Assembly (NCBI GenBank): GCA_036172245.1
Contig: JAYWIR010000021.1
Coordinates: forward strand, 2,356,001 to 2,420,000
DNA from: Raillietiella orientalis
Lineage: Eukaryota
Direction: 5' to 3'
Length of the DNA: 64,000 nucleotides
Shown here piece by piece: positions 10,311-22,400 of this stretch. The translations under genes were made by a program, and so were the position numbers. Each line of letters starts with the position of its first letter. Within the stretch, counting starts at the first letter, position 1. The notes beneath the pieces are model-generated. The model did no database searches. It had not been told where the DNA came from and worked only from the letters and a program-made list of their open reading frames with translations.

Positions 10311-13298
10311 AAAAAATTTCTGAGGGCATCTTTTCCCCACACTATGGCAATTCCTTTTAGTCGATTACGGAAATATCAAGGCGCGATTCTCAATATTAAA
10401 GGAGCTCATCACGAATCATTGACGGTGTTCGTCCAAAAGAGTGCCCGATGTAGGATGTTCCGTGCTTTTACAGAGAGATTCTTTCATGAAAGTGCACTCA
10501 GCGTTGGAGATGTTCCATTTGCAGTGATTTCTTATTTACACGAACGAGAAGTGCCGTTTCCGTTTGCTACGTCGATGTAATTAATACAATAAACTCCATA
10601 AATATTTGATGAAATTTTTATCAAAGGAGCGCACGTTGTCTTTCCATTTCATTTCCACAGATCGTAATTTCGTACTTATTCTCGATTCTGCTGCTTCTTC
10701 CCTGATTCATTCTCTCTAGCTGGTGAGGAAACTGCTCAATCTTTTTTTCTCTCTCTCTCTCGAGAAAAAAAAAAAGTATGCCAATGCCCGACGGCCCAGA
10801 AGTATCTGGGCCGTCGGGGCCCATCGCATTTCCACCGGAACGCGTGGGTGCGAACTCCAGACTGAGCGCCATCAACTGGTGGTTGTATTTAGTGGAGGTG
10901 GACCAGCAAGTCGTCTTCGGGAAGCACGTGGCAACTTCTCAGTTATGCACGAATTGTGCACGCATAACCGAGAAGACTCTACACACGAATGCAGGCATTC
11001 TGTTGTACGGCACGATAGGCATATGGCGCTAAACACATAGGACAGAATACTGCCACACCCAAGACTTGGCATCGTCAGGGCGACTCTTCAGAAAAGTAAA
11101 TCCGAAATATGATGGATGATGGCTTTCCCCTGTGCAAGACGTTAACCATAGAGAAACATTCTTGAATGAAAAACGTCATGTGCTTGGAATTTTCACGCAG
11201 TTCATGGAAAGCTCTTAAAAAAAAAAGAACACACACAAAAAAAGAAATGCAAGAGTTCCTTTCGCTTGCTTTTTTGATTTTGCATTGCCTGTAGCTTTCA
11301 AGGGGACAAGAGCAGAGGCAGAGAAATTCAAATTCAGGGTCTGCAGGTCATTTCTTCTTCTCTCAGAGAACTCAAGCAACAGACGAAAATGGGTTCTGAG
11401 CTGTGCTGTCGACACGACAGCGTGGCCTTCTGGCTGGAAAGCGAAAGAGTTGGCGAATCCGGAAGTGCGTGGATGGCGAAGGTTTCTGGACCCATGGCCA
11501 ACGGCACACCAATGCCGCACAGAGTGCATCGGTGATGTGAGGTGTTTTCGAACACGCAGGCTGAGAGAGCTGAGAGACATTTTGCTTTGCTTTTTCTTCC
11601 AGCGCTGTACCCCGTTGGGTCGCGTCAGTTACGGAGACGCTGCCCCGTGGTCGCGGAAGCGGAAAGTCTCTGCCTCGAGAGGGAGGAGCACGCTTGCCGC
11701 AGCCTGCACGATCTGCAGCCGAAGGATCCCACGTGCCTCTCAGGTAGCACTGATTTCGATTGCCTCCCCTTGAATCCCCCGCTTTTTTCCCTTCTTCTTC
11801 CTTTATCAAGGCTGTGCTGGTCGTTTTATTGCTCACGGAAGATTTCAGACAGCCTTGTAATTTCGCACGCAGTCATCCCGGAACGCCTACTCACAGCTCG
11901 CTCCGTCGGCCGCAGCAATCATTATTCAATTTCCATGGATGGTCGCCACTCGCCTAAAATCATGAGTTTCGTCAGCCTCCGAACTTTGTTCCTTTCAGAT
12001 TCAAATCGTGAAGTAAATCTTCCCATACGTCTCATTTCTCTGTTTCTTCTCATTGTTCTTCGTGGCTTCATTGGAATTGATTGGATCGCGTTTCCGAAAG
12101 ACACGATGTTTCCTTCAAAGGCGGGACGTCTCCTATAATGTAATGTATAAAGAGCCTCTCTTCTCCCGATTTCGGTACAAGGACAAGAAATAAAATGCTA
12201 ATTTCAATTCCAGAATTAATCTGTATTCACGTAAGTTTGGTGATTTCGCCAGGGGTTCAGACGAAGCCATTGCTCCCGAGCTACGTAAGTCACGTATCCG
12301 CCAATAGCCATGATCCCTCCCTGATTCCCATAAGACTAGATTTTTACCCATCTCTCTGGCACATCCAAAGCCTTCCCGTTCCCCAGCAGTTTCTTAAAGT
12401 TTTACGTTGATTAGTGTTGTGTCAGTGTCCTTTGTCTGAAAAGGCAAAAAAAAAAAAAAGCAGAAGCAAATTGTGATTCGTTTCGCAGCGGCTCCGACTC
12501 GACTAGTGAGGCAAAAACAGGAGATCACAATCGGGATCACCCGTAAATTTCTTCATCTTGCTATACGAGACGCACGTATCCCGTTACACCATATTATTGG
12601 GATATGAATAATAGATGCGAGAGGCAAGGAATTTCTATTCCTTTGTTTAGCCAGGGCTGCCACGCGAGTCGGAGGTTGTTCTGGAAGATTTATAGCTCCC
12701 AAGTTCTGTATCCTATGGATCTGCTCCACGAGCAGCTTCGTACTCAGCTTACTAACTTGGTACGTATTAACGCCACAGTATTCGAATATCGCTGTACGCT
12801 TTCCTTTACTCTGAAAGTGGAAAGATCCAATCTGCTAGTCACAAGGACTACAAGGAACTAATAAGAAGAATACAAATCATTTCGGAACCAGAGGGAAGCG
12901 CACGTTGTAATTTCATGCCAGCCGAGTTCCAGAAACGTAATCCGCTCCCGTCACGGCCCCGATTGTTTATCTTTCGAGTGACCGTGCTGATGCAGAGCTC
13001 ATCTTAATGAGCTCGAAGAGAGTGCTGAGCCGTGGGTAGCGGGGTGCTGCTGCTTTTGTGTGAAGGCACCTTAACAGCTTCTCCTTAACGGCAAATTGAT
13101 TGCGAGCTTTGCTCGCAGGCTCCGAGCAGATAGACGGCAGCCAGCGAGCATCATCGTTCCGTTAGTGATTCCCAGGAAGGCCGTCCTTGAAGAATGATCA
13201 TCCTTCATCCGAGTGCGAAAGTGAAGATTGCTTTTCGCTTTCGGGAACCTCTCCATGCGGAAGCCATCCGATTTCATGTCATATGCTGGAACTGTTTC

Positions 13299-15900
13299 TC
13301 ACCCGGGTGCGCCGGGGCGTCTATTCCTAAACTATCCGGGAACAGAGTTCCCGGACAAAGGACACAGAAGAAACGAAGGGGGATCCCCCCTTCATTTCTT
13401 CTCGCGCATTCGACACGCAAACCGAAAGTCCGGAACGGGAGGGAGGGGACCACAAATACACATATAAAAAAACATAAAAATAGAGATATGGGGAGGGTAG
13501 GGGACAGAGGTCTTTGGTGCGGCCGTTCCATTCCTTCAGAACCGGCTGTGGATGCCGGCGATCTCGCTCCTCACGTCCTCTGGCAGATGGGCCCACTCGG
13601 CAGCCGACGACATGTTTGCGCTGGCTAATCCGGTGGGCTGACGAAGGATGGCCAGCTTCTCCAGCTCTCGGTGGGCCTTGTCGATGGCGCGGGTGCAACA
13701 GACCGTTGCGATGACCGCACCCAAGGACAGGCCGCCAGGCGTGAAGAAGCGGCGCATCAAATTCCTTGCGGTGTCCCCCTGGTGCAGGAGAGCTGAGGCC
13801 AGCCTCCGCACAGTCCTTGGAGGACACTGCAGTCCAGGAGCAGATGGGGGAGCGTTTCCACTTCCCCGCACCGTTTACAGTTCGGGGAGACAGCTCCCCC
13901 CGGAAACACGGTTCGTCCGCTGGCTGGAATGAAAACCCCAATGCACCAGCATGATGACGTCCTGCTTCCAAGAACACGGAAGTGTTCAAACAGGAGGGAG
14001 GAACCACAAGTTCTTCGGGGGGCACACTCAAATGTTCGCTCCACCGCTCCACGCTCCACGCTAGAACTGTGGTGCTCATTGCTGCCGCAGTCCTTGTGTG
14101 AGGAAGTCGATAAGTTCCACCCACTGAGGTCTGCCAATGCGTCTCTGCGCAATCGCCATCCGCCCTGCATCCGAGTCCGTTTTCCTGTGGTGGAGTAGCA
14201 AGGCAAACCGAGTGATCTGCGGGCGGTCCTTCAATCGCCAGGAATATTTGATTCGACGAGAGGGAGAGGAAGATGTTTCAGATGTGACTTCGTCATGAGG
14301 CTCCGCTGGGTTGATCGACTGAATGAGCATCGAGTTGAGCGACTTGTTTGGATTGAGCATCAGTCGATCCGACCTTCTTGGTATGCGTCTCCACCGATCA
14401 CTGTTCTTCATGCTGGGAGGAACCTACTCTTTCCGAATCCAAACGAGCGCGAAACGATGCTCCCATCCAAATTCAAAAGATCTCGTCTTTGTTGATCTCA
14501 CCGGAGGATGCAGACAAACGTCCATCATCATTGCTATGCGATGCTCACTGTTCTCAAAATGTGCACTTGAATCTCCACTCGCCTTCACCAGCTTTGCGTT
14601 CGGATGACGTTCGGAACGTTTCATCTCCAAGTCTGCAGCAGCCGGTGCCATGCTCTTCGCCGCAACGACGTGCATGCTGCCAACAAGAGGATTTACCATC
14701 GGTTTTTATCGGAAAACATACGTTTCACATCTCACATTGGCGTAAGTTGCCATAAATTTTCTGCAACCACCAAAACCTGAAATCGAGGCATTACAACAAA
14801 ATAACGAGAGCAGATAAGTTCTGCTCTGCCCCCCCCCTTCGCCTCCCCCGAGTTTTCGAAAGAGCAGACGGCCAACCGCGCGAAGTATTTGAGGAGTTGT
14901 TTAAAAGTTCGTAGTGGCAGCGCTTTTCATTTCGCGCAAATCTCTTCGGGGAAACTCTTGCCTGCCCTGCACTGGATGTGCTGCCACTCAAGCTTTCCAC
15001 CTCCGATAGATTACCTTCTCACATAGTGATGAATATAAGGCTGCTATTGTTCTAGCGATAATCTTCATGCATTGAGATGAGCAAGAGACGGGGGCCCCAC
15101 AAGAACTTCCTGGAGAGAGAGGGAGAGAGGGATTGCCTTGTCGCTCCTTCGAGGGAACGGCGCCATAACTTTAGGTGTGGTCTCCTTCCGGACTGATCCC
15201 ATTCCATCACGCGCTAACCAAAAAATGCTTTTCTGGAAATGCACGCCGGCTATCAGCGCGTTTTTTCTCAGCCCATGAACCGTCGGTGCTGAGGAATCCC
15301 CAAAGCAACCACTTGCTTTCTTGCTCAGCAGAGTCGACAGCATCCCAAGACATTGAAAGACGTGCCTTTCCATTTCTCGATGTGAGGAAATGCCATGCCG
15401 ACGTCCGCTTTTGAGGAACACCGTGAACAAACGATGGTGTCCGTATGAAAGCGCCCGCACTTCCTACAGACTTCAGGTTTTCGAGGGTTGATTCGTCGCA
15501 AGAACAGAAATGCAGTGTTGCCAGAAGCGGATAGGAAGAAAATTTCCCGAGAGAGCTGGTGCTTTATGCTGCTGAGTTTGCGGAGCGTCCATCAATGAGC
15601 CCGAGGTAAAGGCACAGTCTGGTTTCACGTGCGAGAACCGAAGCGCTAAGTGGGGAACGAGATGCTGGAGACTTCACCAGTAATGCACGCCAGCATCTGA
15701 TCAGCGTAGGAGGGTTTTCAAGAGCGCTCGGCAAAGCAAGACCGAGAATCTGTTTGGAAAACAGCACGGACGGCTTCTTTCCATGATAATAAACCTTCGC
15801 CTCCAAGAGATACCGTACAAGAAAGCTGGAGAATTAAAGGGCAATACTGCCGCTCGATTTCCCATGCAAGTTCCCCCATTTTGAATGCCTTCTTTCATCT
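13299..15900 (-). mobile_element. Decayed L1/Tx1-like LINE (RT remnant, CCHC zinc finger, 3' UTR); may be two pieces
   Basis: Minus-strand SYADQ (~15700) and LYLGL (~15610); CKRCGEVETLPHLLLDC in ORF 13757..14206; family 3'-end motif at 13299-13325. Confidence 0.7.
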
Positions 15901-15999
15901 AATCGTTTGTTCAGCGTTGTTTGCCTTTTGATGGAAATTCGCCTCCCTCAACAGATCTGCATCCATCCCCATCCTGCAATAAGCACCCAGCTGGAAAAT

Positions 16000-17060
16000 G
16001 AAGATTCATCACTGCTATTCGGCAACTCCGTCCTGGAACTTTGTGGAACCTTCAAAAATTATTAGCTGAATCCTTGATTCTTGCCCGTGCTCCTCTTCGA
16101 GCTCCGGGTTTACGACCCAATCTCGCAGACCCCTTTCCTGATTCGAGCTGACTTCCGCCGACTGGAATTCAGATCGCGCTAAGTGCTCCCCGCTTTCACG
16201 ATTCCCGCCGCCACCCTTCCTTATTTTTGGTTTCCTCCCAGCGTGTTCCAGAACTCGGATAAATGCATCCATCCTGACCTTCCGTCTTCAAGAGATGGCC
16301 TCTTTCAGGGAACTTTCCCCTGCATTCACCCTCCCGTATTACCATCAACCGTCGATTCGCTGATAGCAGTGTTGATCGACCATTTCGTCGGACTGCTTTA
16401 TTTTACTGAGATCACGCAGAGCATTAGGAAGGTTGACCATTTCCAAGAAGAATGGGTTTCATCGAAGGTTACTGATCAATTGGCCATCGCAGTTGTTGTC
16501 GCAGAGGGCGCACAATGTCCTCTGTTCGGGGATAAAAGTTATTTCTCCGCATGAATCGCTATCAGATAGCTCCAAACAAATTCATACCCCATGATCCCCG
16601 GAAAACTGAATTGGAATCCTGTCCCCTCACAATCCTATTTATGCATCTTATTTATTCATGGCTAACTAATTTAATACGGGGATCATGGCTAGCTGAAAAG
16701 CCTATAATAAGCTGCCTGTCCCAACCTATTATCCTCTCCCGTTGGAATCACATCTCTTTCAATGTCTCTCCATTCTTCATCCCCTTCTGTGATTTTTGCC
16801 GAAATGTGGCTCGGCTTTATCTCTTCAAAAACTAACCAGATCTAAAACTATCTAAGAGGGAAGGATGATTCACTCGCAGGCAGTAAGCTGCCTCTCTTTT
16901 CGAGTTGAAATCTACTTTATGACCAAATTAGATTTTCTCCTAGAGCAGTCCTTGGTTCTTTACCAGTCAGTTTCTTATTTCACGAGGGATGCAGCTGCCA
17001 AAGTCTTCCCGATTCTTGTCCAAGAAACAGTTTCCATATTGGAATCACCAGGAGTTCTAC
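16000..17060 (-). mobile_element. Decayed CR1/L2-like LINE ORF2 fragment (endonuclease and linker)
   Basis: Minus-strand PGDSNMETVSW resembles the CR1 endonuclease 'GDFN.P.I.W'; many stops. Confidence 0.45.
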
Positions 17061-17923
17061 AGGGTTAATTTAAAGTTGGAGTTCCTAAACGCCTCGGCAA
17101 CACTCGAGCAATGAACATCGAAACCTTCGTTTTGCATCTGTTTGAAGTCATTTCTTGGGGGGAGGGGAGACGGTTGCTGATATATTCACGATTTTTTTTT
17201 TTTCTCCAGAAAATTCTGCCTTTACGAAAAAAAAAAAAGGGGAGGGGGGTGCATGCGAGCTTAGTGGAAGAAAAACACAGAGCAACAGCAACAGCAAAAA
17301 CGAAAACAACAACAAAACACGGCGTGCACAAGTCGCCTTCAATAGGGTCGATGCTCGAAGTGGAATCCGGAAGTCCAGTAGTTTCCGGGTTTTCCCGGAT
17401 TCAGTTCTGACGATTTGTGACTTCCACTTGTTCCTGCCTTCCTTCCTCCGAGCCCCTTCCGTGACAGATTTTCCGATCGGTTTCCGTGGACGAAAGTTTC
17501 CGCGCTGCTACCCTGCCGCGGGCGAGCATGCGTCCGTGGCGATGACTTCCATAGTTCCAAAAGTCGAATGGCCCATCCGATGCATCCGGCGACCTCGGGG
17601 GAAACTCTTTCTCCCCAGCAGCTCCCAAGTGGTGTCCAGTAGCTCATTTCCGCGTCTTTCTGCCGTTTCGGTGGCTTCCTCCTCGGAGTTCTTACCACTG
17701 GGGGTGCGTTCCTATCCGCGTTCCCCACGTTGATCCTCCATTCCGGTTGGACTTCCCAAAGAGCGCTAGCTCACGTCAACTGGCCACCAGCAGTGCCTTG
17801 GTTCTGCATTTTTAAGACCACTTTCCTCCCGAGAAGGCGCTCAGAGAACGGCTACCTGGTAGGCGCTTAACGGAGCGACTGTGCTGCTGATTCTCGGATC
17901 AAGGAACCCGACCGTTCTGACTT

Positions 17924-18700
17924 GCCCGCGTCGGAGGCCTTGTGGTTAAGGCTTCCGCGTGTGGCACCATGCGTCGCGGGTTCGAATACTTGGGCAGAAA
18001 CTCTGACGCCACTGCGCCGTCGGATTCTGAATTTCTCCTAAAATGGCGCTGGTTGGCCGAGACATTCGGGCGTGGCACCGGTGGTGGATTAAGCCGGAGG
18101 CCCCCGATGAAGACCGGAACAATGGGAGTCGACCTTCGGGTTCTCCCAGGAATAAAGGAGTGGGGAGTTCCCCCTCCGAGTTTCAAGATGGAGCAGGAGC
18201 CCTCAAAGGAGCGGACCCTCCCCGTTGCGGTGGGGGATTCTCCGAGTCGTCGCCTCTTTACAGAGTGTGCACAAGGAAGCAAGCGAGAGCGATTCCCTGC
18301 GGGAAGCTGCAGTGCCCCTTCCAAGTTTCGGAAGCGTCCCTTCGGGGTTCTCTTCAGAGGAGTGAATAGGAGCGGTTCCCTTGCGGGTTCCCTCCGGAGA
18401 AGAAATTCCTACAAGCGGATCCTTTCCGGGTTCCCTTCGGAGAAGTTGAAATGGAGAGGACCACCCCCCATTGAAGGGGGTCTCTCTCCGGAGAGAATGA
18501 GGGAGGAGATTCCCTTCGGGGTTCTCCTTCGGAGACAACCAGGGTGGGAGGTGCGATCCCCCCATCCGGGGGGGATCCCTTTCCAAGCGTGAAAGGAACG
18601 GACTTCGAGCCCTTCCTGAATTCATAGGGCGGACCCCCATCCCGGGGTGCCCTCTATCCTGAAGAATTACACGCCCCCCCTGCGGGCTGCCGCGGGTGGA
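17924..18700 (+). mobile_element. tRNA-derived SINE family A, copy 2 (best preserved)
   Basis: Head GCCCGCGTCGGAGGCCTTGTGGTTAAGGCTTCCGCGTGTGGC...GCGGGTTCGAATAC with A-box (~17943) and B-box (17979-17988); body homologous to four other copies. Confidence 0.82.
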
Positions 18701-19479
18701 AACAAAGCAGTGTGTTTAATGTTTAAAAAGAGCCACGTGAGCCGCGAGGCACGCGACTGGCTCTGAGGTACTTAGCGAACCAAAAAAAAAAAAAAAAAAC
18801 GAAAACCGTTCTGACTACCGGAACGCTTCTCAGCCCTCCGGACATTCTTTGATCTTTGCTAGAATCCGCCCCTGTAAGCAAAAGAAACCGGAATTCTTCA
18901 AAACATGCGAGACTGGCTTTCCGAACCAGCTTCTCAGAATGACCGTCCCTCTTCCATCACTTCCTTTGATGTAGCGAATTAAAATTCACGAGGGAAGACA
19001 GGAGCAAGCAGCCCAAAAAAAATTAAGAGTGGCAAAACATGGATTCAGCTGTGCTCCCACTTTGTGACCACCTTTGAGCCCCTTCATCCTGGCGTTCATC
19101 CTTCCTGAGGAACGAAACCGAGCCCCACAGCTCAGCATTCTGTCCAGGTGGGAACGCTATGCAACCTTTACAAGAGTACTCCGGACGCCAGGGTGAACCG
19201 AAGAGCCCAAGGACTCAAGTTCCCTCTTCATCCACTGGACCATGCCGGGGACTTCGTACTGGAATGCATGGTTGAGAATGCCGTTCCAATCCAAATCCCG
19301 AACCGTTCTTAGAAATCTCCAGAAGCTCCAGGAAGGAGATAGCTGTCTACTCATCTGATCGCACTTCACATCCAGGCAGATGGAATTCCGTTAAAGATAA
19401 AAGGGGAAGAGCACATTCGGGAGGATAGAACAAATCCAGTCAGTGGACTGTGGATTTTGTTATTTTTTTTTGCAGAGAC

Positions 19480-22400
19480 TCGGGTCGTCGAAGATCTGGA
19501 GTCAAGTGATGTAACTAGGACATCGCTCTGAAAACCAAAAAGGTTCGGGAGAGATACCTCATTGGAAGCATTCTCTTTCAAGGCCGCTGCTCCATCCAGA
19601 TCCTTCTGCACAAGAATCGGAAGAACCAGAAGGAAAGCGATGATCTTTTCGAGATTGGCTGACTTCCTTGGGGGAGGCGCCGAGCTGTGGGTCGAGATCG
19701 CGGATGACCGATGCTCGCCGGACTGCTTAGAGAAGCAGAGCGAGCCAGGAGATTTGTGGAGGAATTCGGGTTTCTGCGTAGGAAACGCTTCGCGGCTGCT
19801 CAGTTCACCTGCGTGCAGCGTGCAGAGTGAGTCTCCTTCCGGAAGGTCACTGCTTTTTCGAAAGTTGTAGGCTGCTTTTCCCTCTCGGCTTAGCTGGAAA
19901 AGAAGGGAACAAGCACGAGACACCCTCCTGAACCGGATCGCGATCGCTTCCCAAGAAGGAATTATCCCAATCAGGCAAGAAATTCATTCATTCGGAGCAG
20001 CAGTGCACAGCTGCCACGTTTCCTGCCGAGAGGCGGTGGAAAGACTCCACGGACGGAGGGGAGGAGGCCAGCCTCCGGCCGACGAAAGCCAGCTTGCATC
20101 TTCCACGATGGTGAACCCAGAGGGGGACACGTGAGCTCTGGCTGCCGCGCGGGGGCGACGCCCACAGCTGGCACGAGCGCCCTCCAGCGCAAAGAAACAC
20201 GGCCTTGCGTGATGGAAGCGCATGCTGACACCAGGACGAAACCATGTGCTGCGCCGTGCTCCCAGTCAATTCCTGTTTAACAGGTATCACATGCAGACTG
20301 CGGACCCCCCGCTTCGGAATCCTCCTGGAGGTCACCACGGGCAGGCGCTGCAAGTCCTGCGGCGTACCTGCGGGCGAATTCCATTCCGCAGAAGCGCGGC
20401 TTGGCTGCCTTCGCAAGGCGGCGATGGTCCGATCCTCGATTCCAGGTTTCTGCTGCCGGCACGGAACGCTGTCCATTTTTCGAGGGTCTCTGTTTTTTGT
20501 TTGTCAGTCTCCCTAGTTGGTAAAGCTTGGCGCGAAACATCTGCAGAAAACATCCCTGTGGGGACCCGCGACCTCCACCTCAAGAACTTGGTGAAGCTGT
20601 GCCAGGATGCTGCCTTGGATGCCCTGACGCTGGTCAAACTGCCAGTGAGGCTCAGCAAGCCAAGGACATTAGCCGTTTGCTCCAAAGTGTGCGCTGCCCC
20701 GTGGTGGGAGTCTGCACGCCTCATCGTGTGGCTCTGAGCCGGCCGTGGAGGATTCGCTTGGATGCTGCCTCTCGACCGCGAAAAGCGGAGAGGGTACGTC
20801 GAAGCGAATGGCCTCAATGCAACAGCAGCATTGCCGGATGCCCTGCTGTCCCTGAAACTTCAACGCTTGGCAGCAGGATGCTGTGGAAATTCGGTCATCC
20901 ACTTTGCAAGTGCATTCAGAAGAGCTTCGTCTCCTCGAAAATCTGCGCCGCATTCCCTTGGAAATGGCGCTGCAGAACTCCAAAAAGTGGTGTGGATGGG
21001 CAGCCGCGTGGTATGTCACAGCGTGTCTGCCCTCGAAGCAAGCGACGAGGGCTGCCAACCTGCCGGGTGGACGTTTTCTGCCACCCTTGAGGGAGTGACC
21101 AAACTCCAAGGCGGCTGGAGGACGAGCGATCCACATCACGGTCTCATACCAACGGACGGCTTCGGTGGGGGGAAATTCCGAGCGTATTCTCCGCAGAACT
21201 CGTGGTCCCTGCACTATGTGCCGTGCCCATCTTCCTGCACTGGGGTCGCCCGTGTGCAAATCGCTTACCACTTCCCGTTTCCTGGGGAACGAATTCCCAA
21301 ACTGCTCCGGGCGCGGCGCGATCGAATTGCTGCCGCATCTGCTGCTTGCTGCATCACGGCGTCCTTCAAGAACTGCTGCCGAGGCTGGCTTGAGCGTGGC
21401 TGCACGCGGAGGAGGGCACCGCGAAAGACTTGCCTGAGGCTCTCCTTCGCACGCAACGGGCTTTCGTGCAGCCCAGTGATCGCAACCATCTCGCTCTGGG
21501 GCCACCCTCGTAGCGACGACGGGAAGTCAGCTGCCCCCATGAGCATGCGCAAGATGTCACCAGGGATCTTCTTCGTATCGCGAAGTCTGTAAAGAAGAAG
21601 GAGCGTGCCAAGCCAAAGATCCCTGTCCCTTCCCTTTCTCTTGTTCCGGACCGTCTGCTTGTCCGATCTGTGTGTTGGGAGTTCCCCTCCGTAAACTTTC
21701 CTGCTTTCAAGGATGAAACTTGGTCTCCTTATTCCCAGTGTGTTTTGCTTTTTCAAGGCAAGAACGCCCCAGCGTGACCGCGTGAGAACGAATTGCCGCT
21801 TCATACGTGCAGCCTCTGCTGCCAGTGCGAGCCACACCCACTGCACGTGTACACGTGCGGTCTGGCAGAAGTCTCTTCAGCATGCTGTGATCTCCTGCGG
21901 CCGCAACTCACCGTGATGGAGCCAGTCGATGGACCGAAAGCAGTGATCGCAAAGCACTGAGTGCTCCCGACTGAGGCATGCTTGAGGCAGGTTCCCGCCT
22001 GTGGATGGACGCTGTCTGGGAAGGAGGAGGAAGTGTAATTGTGCTGGACCTCGCCTGCCGCTTCGAGAGCAATTGCTCCGCCTTGGAGGACTCCCGGAAG
22101 AGAAAAGAGGAAATGCCGGGATGTGAGTGAGCACTCCTGCAGCCAAGAATCTCGTGCATCAGCACAAGCCATTTTTGTAGGAGCCATCGGTGCTTGGGAC
22201 TTAGGTAACGACGAGAGATTAAAGCAACTTAAAATGAAAAGGAGTCCTGCTCACTGCTTGGAGAAAGGAGGGGTGTGCAACAGCATCCATCGCTCTCGAG
22301 AGACATAATGGAACGATCGGAAGGGTCATAGCATTTAAATAACGGACATAGATCCCAGAAAGCTGTGGATGGTCGGGCAGAAATGTCAGTATTTCAAACG

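Noticed and set aside
14860..14915. EVFEELFK peptide resembling the AAGAB C-terminus
   Set aside because: It is followed immediately by a stop, and the true terminal exon is at 7198-7370.
17924..17996. Functional tRNA-His gene
   Set aside because: The cloverleaf stems are broken and the sequence continues into a multi-copy repeat body, so it is a SINE head.
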